From NCBI GenBank assembly GCA_028534125.1, contig CM052817.1:95420001-95484000 (forward strand): a stretch of DNA of 64,000 nucleotides, read 5' to 3'. This DNA is from Lama glama (taxonomy: Eukaryota). Numbering within the stretch: position 1 is the first letter of the stretch; each line of letters opens with the position of its first letter. Below are positions 14,100 to 27,150 of the stretch, one piece after another. The translations under genes were made by a program, and so were the position numbers. A model generated the notes under the pieces. The model saw only the letters and a program-made list of their open reading frames with translations, ran no database searches and was not told the origin of the DNA.

Positions 14100-15990
14100 T
14101 GGTAAAAAATTCTTTACAACCTCAAACTAAAAGCAAATTAAAACAAGTAAACCTAATGAATTTCAAATGAGTACCATAACTCACTGGAGAAAAAAAAGGA
14201 AACTAATCCAGAATAACTTATAAATATGGTATTTGGCCTATATATTCTCAGCCTGGGCCGGGTAAGGTAGAGTGACCGCAAACAAATCCTGAACGCTTTT
14301 TAGTAGACTTGATTATTTAGTGGCCATTTGAATGAAACAGTTATGAAACTTTAAGGTGTATTACAAGATTAAGCAAATGACTAACTGTGTGGGTGTTCTG
14401 GGAACTGGGGTTTTCACTGCGGATTAAGAGACGCACGAGTGTGGAGGACGGTAACACATAAACCCTGTGGAGGTATCGGCATGAAACCATGCTTTTAGCA
14501 GTATGTGTATGTACGTGTATATGCATGTTTCTGTTCTCCTGTACACGTGTGTGTGTATGAGTACACATAGAGACATGTCTGTACATGCATATAGTGTCCG
14601 ATCTGTCTGCTGAAAGGGCCAAGAGGCAAAGATACCCGGTAGCAATAAGCACATCTAGTGCTCAGATCATCATCTCTTACCACCATTTCCCACTGAGAGG
14701 AACCAGGGCTTCTGGAGAAAGGACTGACTCCAAGGCCAGGACAGGTAGGCACAGGATGAGCATGAAGCATTTTGTTATGTCCGAAAGTAAACAAGTACTT
14801 GCACACGTGCGGGAGGTATGTCACAGGGGCCAACTCGGAGGGACTTCCACTGGCCACCTGTGGGGGGTTTGAGCACCAAAATGATTAAATACAGTAATGA
14901 ATTTAAACTACTGGAAAACAATACTAATTCATAAGGCCACGCATGACCATAAGAAATAAAGAAATGGATGAGGCAGGCGGACTGGTGAATGTGGACTGAG
15001 TGGTCAAATTGGAAGGCCCCCATTTTGCAGCCATCAGGCAAGAATCATCAGTGGATGCTAAATACTGAGAGAAGTTTTTAGGAGAACAGATACTTGCGTG
15101 GTCTTTAAGTGTCTCCTCACAGACTACCTATTACTTACAAGGGAGAATAACAATCAGTCATTATATAGTGGAGAAATTGGACAACAGTGTGACTGGGAGA
15201 GTGAAATGGTCGTCCCGAGCAAGAGGCAGACGGATCCCATACACCTCCAGCCGTGGGGCCGAAGAAGGACGTAGCACCACCTGCAGAATCCCAGTGGAGG
15301 TTGCAAGTCTGACGCTAACCACGGGGTGACTTCACACACACCCTAGACGAGGAACGTTCTGTTTAAAAGGGTGAGGAGGAACTGTGTTCTTCCAGAATAT
15401 CAGTGTCAGAAGACAAAGGTATGAGAATGTTCCAAATAAAAAGAGGCTACAGAGAGGTGACTGCTCCGTGTAATAACCTGACCCCAGATGTGACCCCGTA
15501 CCACACAGGGAAAGAGTATTACGAAGAACCTTACGGGGGTGAGCAGACAAAATCAGAATGTGAGTGGTTGATAAGATAGAAGTATTTTGTCAGCACTCCA
15601 TGCACTAGCATTGCTGACTGTGCTGTGTTTTATAAGAGAACATCTCTCTTAGGAAATACACACTTCAGTATTTAGGGGTAAAGGGTCATGATGAAATGGT
15701 TCAGGAAGAAATCATATATATATAAATATATATATTTCTATTTAGATACATACATAGATATAGATATCTCTCCATCTAAAACAGTCCTGTGTCAGAATAT
15801 GTCCACGTATGTGAGTGTATGTGTGTACACAAGGGTGTCTGGAAGAGTCGTGGGGGAGGCGCCGATGTTGAGTGAACTGTCACAATGGGTGAATCCGGAT
15901 AATGGGTATACAGGTGTTCTTTGTTGTTTTTCTCTGTGGCTTGTTCTGTTTCTATAAACTTGAAATTATTCCCAGAGTGAAAGTTTTTTA
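14100..15990 (+). mobile_element. L1MC3/L1MC4-like long 3' UTR
   Basis: Diagnostic aggaaccagggcttctggagaaa..ctgactc..agg segment at ~14700 and terminal gggtatacaggtgttctt...ttgaaattattccc at ~15900-15975. Confidence 0.7.
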
Positions 15991-16040
15991 GATGACCTGC
16001 TATGAAATTTGGAACAGTGGACCAAATTAAAAGGTTATTA

Positions 16041-16125
16041 AGGGTTCACTCCCCAGTACCGCCATTAAAATAAATAAATAAACCTAATTACCTCCCCCCT
16101 AAACAACAACAACAACAACAACAAC
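16041..16125 (+). mobile_element. 5'-truncated Vic-1-like SINE with a (CAA)n tail
   Basis: Starts at the B box (gggttcactccccagtacc), has the aaataaacctaattacctccccc tail; TSD AAGGTTATT at 16031-16039 and 16126-16134. Confidence 0.88.
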
Positions 16126-16199
16126 AAGGTTATTGAATAGAAGCTTAAAAGACATTGGAGATGTAGTGTAACATTTAATCCTGGAAACAAAAGCAAAAA

Positions 16200-18350
16200 C
16201 AAAAAACAAGTCCTCTTTAAACAGGAATGGATAGTTCCTTAGTATGAGTGAGGAAAAAGAAAAACCTAAACTACACGTTTAATGATGAAATGCTAGAACT
16301 TACGTTCATCTTCTATAGATCTCTTTCCCTGGTCTGTAAACCCCTGAAACCGTATGTAAACCCAGTTTGGCATACATTTGGGACAAAGGGATGTATTTCT
16401 CATTAAGTTGACCACTACCCCGGAGTAGTAAAAAGCCCCTGTGCTCTGGAACATTCCTATTAACAGTCAGGAAGAAAGTAAGTGTTCTGGGAATGCTGTT
16501 ATTTAAGATTGTTCCAGATGCCGTGACTCGTGCACTCAAATGGAGAATCACAGATTACGGAAATGAGCCAAAATTGTCATTATATGTAGATGATATGATT
16601 AACTAATTGATAATATTCTTGGGATAGACTCTTGAAGTGAAATTAGAAGGTCAAAAGCTCTTGATGTATTTTGCCAAATTATTTTCTAGAGAGCTTTGAT
16701 TAATTTCCACTCATGCCAGAAGTCTGTGAGTGTCCTTCCTCCTTTAGTCCTTCACAATTACTTACGGTCATTGTGTCTCTTCAAATGATATGATTGTTTA
16801 TCTAGAAACTGCTAAAGCATCTTATTTTTAGAAATTACACGTCAGTTTTCTTTAATCTGACAATAACCCGTCAAAAAATATAATGGAGAGGAAAATCACA
16901 TCCCCAGTAGCATCAGAATACATAAAGTTCTTGGAAATAATCTGAAACAGCAGTATATGAGAACTATGTAACTGAGAGAGAAAGAAAATCTGAATTAAAA
17001 AAAACAGGCAATCTGTGTTCCTTAAGATTAAGGCCTAATATTGTGAGAACATTTTAAGGGTATTAATTCTTCCTAATTTAATTCATAGTTTAAAACAATC
17101 CATGTCAGAATCACAATGTAATATTTTCTGAAAGTTGGAAAATGTATTGTGAATATTACCTGGAAGGATAAACAAGTGAAAATAGCTAATTTTTTTAAAT
17201 GGAATATAGTAAAGAAAAAAATTCTTGATGTGAGGGTTAATCAAAGATTATGCAACCACAATTAAATTGGTGTGCACACAAAACAATAGAATAAATTAAA
17301 CTCAGACTGTATACTGTATTTAAAATTTTAACGTATGTAAATGAAGCATAATTGGTAGAGTCTTCTAATGGTCCTACAGTAACAAAGTTAGCTTTTGGGG
17401 GAGGCTGGGGGATTGAAAACCTGACCTAATTCATTCCATATATGCAAATGGATTAATGAGCTGAATTTTTTTAGGGCAAGCTATTTAAAAAACTAGAAGG
17501 AAATATATTGATCAGAGAGGCAGAAATATTCTAAGCATTGAAAGCAACAAAAAAAAAAGTGACAGACTTGTCTACTTAAGATTTCAGTGTCATCCCCAAG
17601 GTTAAAAAATATATATATACCAGGAACAAAATTAAAAGACAAAAGACTAACAGGGAAACAAATAGGAAATAAATTATTTCTATCTTTCTTATATGTGCAG
17701 CTCATAAAAAAATAATAAACACTAGAACCCCAGTAAATAGGGTAAATAGGTAAGAAATATGAACAGTAAATCCATAAGAGAAACCCAGATGGCCAGTAAA
17801 CAGAGGAGAGCATTTCCAGGCTCACATGCAAATTAAAACAGTATTGTTTTCCAGCTATAAATTAGGGGAATTTTGTTGTTTTAAACTCAGACTCGACACT
17901 GGCACGGGAAATGAGAAAGGCACTCAGCCGCTGCTGGAGAGAGTGTAAATTGATACAAGCACTCCGGACAGTCGTTTGGCAAAGTGAATCAAGAGCCTTC
18001 GATCCAAGTAATTTAACTTCCAGGAATTTCTCCTAAGGATATTATCAAAAATTATGCAGAGACATTGATCACGGCATTGTTATAATTGCAGAAAATTAGC
18101 ATCAACAGGGTGGCCCAGTAATGGGAGAATCCTTTAAATAAGTTGTTGGATTTATGCAGTCATGTAGGTGTGTTAAATGTTTGCAGAGGAAGTTTAATGA
18201 TACACAGAACCGAATGAGACATGTCCTAACAGCTCTTGCCTCTGGGTCACTACAGGAGTGATACCATTTTCTCTTCTTTACATTTTGTTTCGCTTTCTAA
18301 ATTTTCTAAAATGAAAATTCCTCATTTTTATAATCAGAGAAAAGTAACAC
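16200..18350 (+). mobile_element. Highly decayed L1ME-like ORF2/3' remnant
   Basis: Scattered collinear L1 motifs (aaattgtcattatatgtagatgatatgatt; ggcactcagccgctgctggagagagtgtaaattgatacaa; aacttccaggaatttctcctaagga). Confidence 0.6.
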
Positions 18351-19254
18351 ACACACAAACACACTGTTAAATTGTTTTCTCTACGTCAGACAGAAAAGTG
18401 GGCTTTCTGCTCCACCAGCTACTCCATTGTTACAGAAGCCTTAGCCATTGTGTGTAGTATAAACCCGACGCGCAGTGTTTCGGATGGGATAACAGTCTTA
18501 GCATTGACTGAGCCAGAGTTACCTGCACAGCTGATCGTTGAAAGCCACATGGGATGTGACTGTTTGCTGGGTGGCCTCTAATCTTGTGGGGCTTTGTCAG
18601 AATGGTCTTTTCCCCTTTCTGTCTGTCTGTCTTTTTCTTTCTTTTTTTTTTTTCTTTTTAAAGGCTGGTTAAGATCAATTTCCTACACTCCTGGCACTCT
18701 TGATCTCACAGGAAGGAGTCTGGAGCAGATAGTTCAGTAAGATCAGATTCCACGCAGTATGAATTATTTTTCTAGGTTTCTTTCCCCTGGACCTTACATC
18801 TTCCAGCTCTCAGCAGTACTTCCTCCCCCTGTGGTTTTCTGGTTCTTTTGCTTCTCTCAGTTCTCCCTCCCCGCACCCTAAAAATCTTCAAACACCTTAG
18901 CTACAAAATAAATGCAAGAGAGCTTATGTGATGAGTGTGTGTAGGACCTGATAATCAGATCTAGTTTCATCGTGCCGTGGTTTTAAAGTGAGAACATGCT
19001 CTCAGTCCATGGCCACGTAGGGCATGAAACGCTTTTCAAAATGAAATTGCCGTGCTCCGTTACTGACCTCGCTGTGTTATTTCCTAGAAAACTCCTAGAC
19101 GTGCATGTTCACATACAGGCATTGTATCACCTGCTGCAGTTGACTGAGATTTATCACCTGTGCAAGACTTGGAGCATGTCTTTATCTCATCCACCAAAGT
19201 TTAAATCCATGTAAATGTATATTCCGAGGCTACGCTGATGCTTTTCAGCTGTAA

Positions 19255-19563
<309 letters not shown>

Positions 19564-20784
19564 TGAGTCCTCCCATCAGGGTTTAAGGCACCCCTGCGTT
19601 ACATGTAAATCTGTGTCCTCTTGATACGTGTCCACAGAAGCAGCCAGCTTATTATCTAGGCATTTTTAAACTTTAACAAGGGTGTCAGCTATTAGGAAAC
19701 TATCACTGGAATGTACGAGTGCTTGTGTTAAATGTCAGGCTTTACTAACTCTTCTTTATGCAAATGGCACTATTTTAGCTATTGTAATTTAGTTAGAATG
19801 TCGTGTTATGTATGTAACATATAATTTAAATGCCTGGTTGTCTTATGAGATCAGCTTGATAAACTCACACCCCTCTTTTTTTTTTCATTCTGTGTTTTTA
19901 GTACTTTTACGCTAGTAACACTTGTTGCTTTTGTTTCAACCGTAAGCAAGTGATCTTTTCTGTGAAAATAAAAGTGCATCACCCTGGGATTTATTTTTGA
20001 CTGGTCAGTTTTTTTTTTTTTGGTGGTTCCAGTAAAGCTTGTGATGGTCTGATAATTCAAGGGTTCATAAGGCTCCTGCCTGAGCGCTCAGATCATGTTG
20101 TGAGCTTTGAGATGCCATGGAAATGTAAAAAAATTTAAATATCTAATTAAATGTATGAGTCAGTAACTTATTCTAGTGGCTGACTGAGTTGTCTCTGAAT
20201 CCTCAAAGATAAATTTTCCTCCTCTGTGACCCTGAGAAACAAAACTAATTATATATTCGGGTGAGGCAATCTTTTATGTCCTGTCTTCAGGAGCTCGCCA
20301 AACTTGTTGTTAAACCCGTTCTGTGATGCATTTATTACAGAGGGTAATTTTGGAACTTCATTTTGTTAATCATCCTTTACAGCAAAGATATCTTTCCCTG
20401 AGTATCCTTTCTTCCCTACTTATTTGAGTCATAGTAGCAGATTTTCAGTGTGTTCTCTTAGTGTTTGTTTTCTTGAAACATGATTTAACAGATCCATATA
20501 GTCTAGTGTGGTACCTTTTTAGTGTTGAAAGAGGTTTTTTGGGGTTTTTTTAACCTTTTAAAGAGGTTTACCTGTATGCTGTGTACCTGTGAGACTTCAA
20601 AGAGCTTTCTCATCTGTTATTAACGTGCACTGTTTATTTTTTGACTTAGCATTTTGACTAAGATGAATTTTAAAATGAGGACAGTGACTTGCCAGTGTTG
20701 GTTTTTTGGGGTTTTTTTTTTTTTTTTTTTTTTTACCAGTGTTGTTTTGTTTGTTGTTTTTACTGATTTGGAGAAAGGAAGACC

Positions 20785-20920
20785 TCTTGAGAGCCAGGAG
20801 ACTGAGGTTCTAGTTCTGACTGTGTGATTAAGGCCCAGAGATCCCTTCCTGACCCCCATGTTCATTACCTTTAAAATGGGGCAGTTGGAAACTGTGGAAT
20901 CATTACTGAGGTCCTTTGAA
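20785..20920 (+). mobile_element. MIR-family SINE fragment
   Basis: gagccaggagactgaggttctagttctgactgtgtgatt...tacctttaaaatggggcagttgga resembles the MIR core. Confidence 0.6.
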
Positions 20921-22150
20921 GAGTGTATTATCATCGAAGGACCGCTCTAGGAGAATTTATGACTCTGATGCTTCAACTGACTTTCTCCTCAAACTCATTT
21001 CTTATTGATTACTCAGTCTACTTTAATGATTTTACTTTTACATATTTTTAATTATTTACTTTTACACAAGTAAAAACAACCTTTACACTGATAAAAAGTT
21101 TATAATACAAAATACACATTAAAAATGTATTAGGTTTCATTCATTCAGCAAACATTTTTAGCCCTATTCCAAAGAATTAACATGAAGTTGAAAAAGCCCC
21201 TCAAGTCTCTAGCTTCAAGATGCTTATGGCCTGGTCCGTGTTTAATAATGAAGTGATAAGTAGTGAAATGAAGGGTTACACAAGCTGTGATGGGTATACC
21301 TGGAAAGTTGAATTTGGAGAGTTAAACAAACATCTTATTTTTATTTTAATAAGTCCTTATTTAACTCCTGCTGACATGATGAAGGGCAGCTATTCATTAT
21401 ATGTTGGCAACAAAAGATGTGTGCATGGTACAGCAGTGTTCTTTATTATCACAAGGACTGCACACTTTGCCCTCTCATACTTAATCTCTTAGAGAAAGGA
21501 TTTAGAAAATTGTACTAATATTAATAGCCAGTTTTGTACTATTTTTTAAAGATGATCAATTTGAGACTTTAATATAAACATGCATTTGATAAATTATTTG
21601 CACAGTAAACTCCCCATATCTGAAAAATGTAAAAGTCATTTTAGCTGAACAAGCTTTTCTGGAGTTTCTGCTTTGTGCTGATCACTGTGCCAGGTATTTG
21701 AGATCAAAGATAAGTAAGATCTGGTTCCCGCCTCCAAAAAACTTACTGTCTAATGCGGGGAACGTGCACATAAACAAACCTTTTAATTAAACTTAGCAGG
21801 TTGTTGATAATATGTACAAATGAATGGATGTTTATACATAAGCAGTTCATGTATCACAGCTTTCTCCTGAAAGTTCTGATATTCAGATACATTTCTTGAA
21901 ATTCCTGAAAATAAGTAGTTAGCAGAGATAAATGGTACCCAACCTTCTCTGACATCTCTCGTGAAACAGTTATTTATCAGAACCTCATTTTCCATCGTCC
22001 ACCACACCAGTGAGGTTTTGATGTTTGCAATAGCAAAATTAGTTTTTTTGCATAAGGACTTTCTTCTGTCAACTTCCATGTCCTACTTCAGTCATTCTGA
22101 GGATGTCTGGCAAGCTACCTTCTTGTACAAAAGAATAATGGAATCTATTG

Positions 22151-22273
22151 GGGGGAGGGTATAGCTCAAGTGATAGAGCGCATGCTTAGCACGCACAAGG
22201 TCCTGGGTTTAATCCCCAGTATCTCCTCCAACAATAAATAAATAAACCTAATTACCTCCCCCTCAAAAAAAAA
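22151..22273 (+). mobile_element. Vic-1-like SINE (long-tail form) in the last intron
   Basis: GGGGGAGGGTATAGCTCAAGTGATAGAGCG...GTCCTGGGTTTAATCCCCAGTA...AATAAATAAATAAACCTAATTACCTCCCCC-A(n); imperfect TSD GGAAT(C/T)TATTG. Confidence 0.92.
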
Positions 22274-22741
22274 ATACGGAATTTATTGATTCAAGGCAAT
22301 GGTTAGTTATTACTAATTAATTTTTGGATGTGTATGAGCTTCAGTGGCAAAATAGGAGGAAATAGAACGTCAGCTCATCTACCATGCCTTTTTCCTTATT
22401 TTCTTGATGATAAAATGAGAATTTAACAGTATCTATTACAATATCAGTAACATAATGGGCAAGGAAAATGAAAGAAAATATCTTTATTAAGACAGTCTTA
22501 TAGTGTATTTTAGACTTTTCATTCCCCAAGACCAGTACCTCTTAATCTGGAATCTACGTGTGGACTCTGGGGAGCTGTGAAATTGCCTACCAAGTCATGT
22601 GTGTGCGTCGATGCACACAAAGCAGTTGTTTTGTGGAGAGAACCATGTCTTTAATTGGAATGTCTGATTATGTGAACTCTTTGCTTCCTAAGTTTAACCA
22701 CTGACTTAAGCAAGTTAAATGACCTCCAGTGTTGTTTCTAG

Positions 22742-22885
<144 letters not shown>

Positions 22886-24125
22886 ACGGCCTCGGGCTTC
22901 TGCCTCTTGAAAACTATTGAGCCTTGCATGTACTTGAAGGATGGATGAGTCAGACACCTTCGAGAACTGACAACGGAGCCTTGATCATACTTGACCTCTG
23001 CGACCAACTGTTGGATTCAGAAATTTTAAAAGCTTGGTAACATACTGTTGATATCGAGAACCTGTTTAGTTTACATTGTAACGTTCTGTTGTAAAGTCAA
23101 CTGAAATGCATACTTTTCGCAGGACTTTGCATATAGTTAAAGGAGAGATGGCCAAGCCAGGGACAAATCATCTATTGGAAAAATGGTCCTAAGAGATTCT
23201 TCTGTGTTTGGCACTTTAAGGTCATCGTGTGGCAGAAGTTTAGCATTAATAGTCTTGCTGACGTGTGTTTTTATCAGGTTTAGAGCCCAGGTGGAGTCTT
23301 CTCTTCATGGGTTTTCATAATATTTTAAAACTGTTTGTTTAGTAATGGTTTTTGTTTGTTTGTTTTTTAAGTAAAGGTTAATCTTGATGATATACATAGT
23401 AATCTTCCTAAAATTGTATGCTGACCATACTGCTGTCAGAATAATGTTAGGCATATGCTCTTTGCTAAATATATATGTACAGAATATTTGGAAGTTAGGA
23501 ATTGATTAGACTAGTGGATTTAGGAGTATTGGAGGGGGTGGGGGGAGTGGGAAATGACAAATGTAGAATATACTGTAAAATTCAGTTTGTTGCTTTAAAG
23601 AAACAAACTGATGTCTGAATTTTGCTGTGTTTCAATTTTTTAGAGATTTTATCCTACTTTTTTTTTTTTTACATCTTCTATCCCATCCTCTCCAAAAAAA
23701 CAGTTATGCAGCTGGTTAATTCATGTAACTGTGAGAGCAAATGAATAATTCCTGCTATTCTGAAATTGACTGCCTGTATGTTTCAATACCAATGGTATGG
23801 AGTGCTTGAATTTAATAAGCAATTTTTATGGAGTTTACAATACAGATATAGGCTTTAATTTTCAAGTGAATTGTTTGCCAAACCTAGTAACTCTTAAATA
23901 TCTGGAGGATTTAAAGAACATCCCTGTTTAAATCCATTTCAAACTTTTTAAATTTTTTTGTACTATGCTTGGTTTTATTTTTCTTCTGCTAATCTTTTAT
24001 ATTCACTTAACGCTCTCGTACATCAAGTACTTTTATTCCAAAACTAGTGGGTTTTCTCTACTGGAAGTTTTAAATAAACCTGTCGTTATTGCTTACTTTG
24101 ATTAAAAATTTGTTGTTTCCTTTAT
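22886..24125 (+). other. SMAD1: SMAD1 3' UTR (3' end approximate)
   Basis: AT-rich stretch without recognisable interspersed repeats, running from the stop codon to tandem poly(A) signals followed by a GT/T-rich tract. Confidence 0.8.
24073..24106 (+). terminator. Polyadenylation signals AATAAA (24073-24078) and ATTAAA (24101-24106)
   Basis: Canonical hexamers ~1.2 kb after the stop, followed by tttgttgtttccttt, which resembles a downstream GU/U-rich element. Confidence 0.8.
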
Positions 24126-25440
24126 TCACACACTAGATTTTAGGATAAAAAAAAATTAACTACTCTTTTGAGAGATTTTTCTCAAATCTCCTTTGCCAAA
24201 TATGACAAACCAAATTACTAAAAAAAACTAAATTATAGAGACAGGGAGACTGAAACATGAAAAGAGTAGAGTCACTTTAAATCAGAAAAGAAAGGACATA
24301 TGGAACTTGAAAAATTAAGAAAATGCTAACTTGCAAAATCTGGAATTCCAGATCTAAATATGCAAACTTTTTTACGTGAGGAATTTCAGCAGCAGAAGCC
24401 ATCATTGGTGGATACCACTTAGTCAACCGAAAGTACCAGTTTCTAGACTTCAGATGGGGGAGGAACAAGAACTAAAACTTAAGTGAGAGACAGTGCGTCT
24501 CCATCTACGTGGGTCTGGGATGATCCCGTCCCCTCTCTCCCGGCCCACCCCACCCCCAAGAAGAAATTTGCCCACGAAGGACACAGATTAGGGGGGACTC
24601 AGATTCTTCCCTGGCCAGATACATGCCACTCTTTCTCTTGTACATTTTTATACCTCTTTCCCAGAGGTATTTATCAGCCCCATTTATTCCTCTGACTATG
24701 ACCAAGCTGAAATTTTGACTGCATTTTGCTGTCTCCAGAAACATGACACTGTATGTACGTATAGAAAGCCCTGGAGGGAAGACTTTCATTATAACAAACT
24801 CACACAAGCTTTCCCAGGCCTTCTCACTTGTGTGAACCTCCAAGTCCTCATCTGTGAAATGGAGATAATGTTGTGTCCTTATCACAAAGTTCAGGGGAAG
24901 ATCTATTGGAAGAAAAATGTGTGTGAGAAGAGAATACCTGGGAAACACAGCTGCTGGGCGAGCTGGGGTTGCTGTTTTCCCCCTTACCTGCCAAGTCATT
25001 CCTGGCCCAGGTGATCTGGATACACGATGGTGATCGATGAGCTCTGCTCAAAGGAGATCAATCATTAAGACTCTTGGGCTTCAACGATGAAATATAACTG
25101 GAAATTATCTTAAGAATAAAGAGCTCAGGTCAGGATTTTTCACCATATTCCTAGTGGACAGCTAATTTGGGCTTTCCCTGACTCCCCGGGGCTGCCTACT
25201 GGGACAGTTATGCAAGTGGTTAATTGGTGTGGCATTGCTGGCAGCCAGCTTGGAGATCTACCAGTTGGCACTCCCAGATCGTCCAGGAAGTTGAAACCTA
25301 CTGGGTCCAGGACCCGAGGAGCTGGTAGCGTGGTGCATAAATCAGCCCTTGATGCTCAACTGCAATTATTTATATTTTTGGTAAAATCTTAGGATCATTG
25401 TCATCAGCCATAGGAGGTTTTTAAGTCTCCTGGAAGTTTT

Positions 25441-25518
25441 GGGTTTTTTTTTTTCAATTGAAGTATAGTTGATTTACAATGTTGTGTTAATTTCTGATGT
25501 ACAGCATAGTGATTCAGT

Positions 25519-25561
<43 letters not shown>

Positions 25562-26399
25562 TCCTTTTCATATTCTTTTTCATTATAAGCTATTACAAGG
25601 TATTAAATATAGTTTCCTGTGCTATACAGTAGGACCTTGTTATTTATCTGTTTTTTATATAAAGTAGTTAGTATGTGCAAATCCTGAACCCCCAATTTAT
25701 CCCTTCCCACTGGTAACCATAAGTTTGTTTTCTATGTCTGTGAATCTGTCTCTGTTTTGTAAATAAGTTGTGTCCTTTTTTTAGGTTCTACATATAAGTG
25801 ATTTTAGTATTTTTCTCTTTCTGGCTTACTTCACTTAGTATGACAACCTCCAGGTCCATTCATGTTGCTGCAAATGACATGACTTTATTCATTTTTATGG
25901 CTGGATAGTATTCCATTGTATAAATATACCACAACTTTATCCAGTCATCTGTTAATGGACATTTAGGTGTTTCCATGTCTTGGCTATTGTAAATAGTGCT
26001 GCTGTGTACTCTGGGGTGCATGTATCTTTTTGAATTAAGAGTTTCCTCCGGACATATGTCCAGGAATGAGATTGCTGGATCATACGGTAAGTCTGTTTTC
26101 CATTTTTTAAGGAGCCTCCATACTGCTCTCCATAGTGGCTGTACCAAATTACGTGCCCACCAGCAGTGCAGGAGGGTTCCCTTTTCTCCACAGCCTCTCT
26201 AGCATTTATCATTTGTGGACTTTTTAATGATGGCCATTCTGACCGGTATTAAGTGATACCTCATGGTAGTTTTGATTTGCATTTCTCTTATAATTAGCAA
26301 TGTTGAGTGTCTTTTCATGTGCCTGTTGGCCATTTGTGTGTCTTCACTGGAGAAATGTTTGTTTAGGTCTTCAGCCCATTTTTTGATTGGGTTGTTTGT
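25441..26399 (-). mobile_element. 5'-truncated L1 (ORF2 C-terminus plus 3' UTR) with a perfect 15-bp TSD
   Basis: Minus-strand peptides [48 protein letters not shown] and LWYIYTMEYY are L1 ORF2 C-terminal motifs split over frames; TCTCCTGGAAGTTTT at 25426-25440 and 26400-26414. Confidence 0.95.
25522..25558. repeat. (AC)n microsatellite inside the L1 3' UTR
   Basis: Perfect dinucleotide run. Confidence 0.98.
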
Positions 26400-26589
26400 T
26401 CTCCTGGAAGTTTTAATTAAAGGGATGAAAATGTCAAAACAACTCTTTGTTGTGATTACTAGAAAAAACGTAAGCTAGTTCAACAAACAAACAAACAAAC
26501 AAAAGCAATGTGAACTGTTTCATAGAAGACATACTTTCCGCCCCTAAGAAACCACTCGCTAGCTGGGGTGATTAGAAGCGGGGGGCCCT

Positions 26590-27150
26590 GGCACCCCTGC
26601 CTCACTTCACCACCTCATAGTATTTGACCTCTAGCAGACTTCTGAACTTCTATGCACCTGTCTCCTTATCTGTAAAATAGAGGCAATAAAGCCTGTCTCC
26701 CGGGTTACCATGGAGATGAAGTCAATACAGGCAAAGCACTTAGAACCTCTCAGTGAGTATTAATACTACTGACCAGGTCTGGCTCAGAAGACAAATTGAA
26801 AAGAGTTCAAGTCAACAAACGTTTGATGGAGACCTACTTACCTTTAAAGCATTTAGTAAGCACAGTGGGAAGCCCCGACCGCAAGGACTTCACAGTCCTG
26901 TGAGAGAAACCCAAAGGGAGAAGCGATTCATGAGTGTCCACTGACGGGCTGCGTGCCCGGTGTCCACATATCTCCTTCATCCTCACAAGAACATGTGAGT
27001 TTCTACTCCATCCTTGACTCCTCGTGTCATTTTTTTTTAATGAATGAGGAAACTAGTTCAGAAGCTGAATAACCTGTCACAAGTCACCTAGCTCTAGGTA
27101 GTATGGGAATCAGTTTCAATTCAGGTCTGACTTAAAAATCCAGAGTTAAT
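26590..27150. mobile_element. Two MIR fragments (~26590-26770 on +, ~26960-27150 on -)
   Basis: acttctgaacttctatgcacctgtctccttatctgtaaaatagagg on +; tgaggaaactagttcagaagctgaataacctgtcacaagtcac as the antisense core. Confidence 0.65.

Noticed and set aside
22151..22273. tRNA gene calls for this and similar A-box/B-box elements
   Set aside because: They have A-rich tails, TSDs, many dispersed diverged copies and no intact acceptor stem, so they are SINEs.
25860..26478. ORFs with L1 ORF2 similarity as an active retrotransposon
   Set aside because: Only ~1 kb, 5'-truncated and frameshifted; the same applies to 51565-51870.
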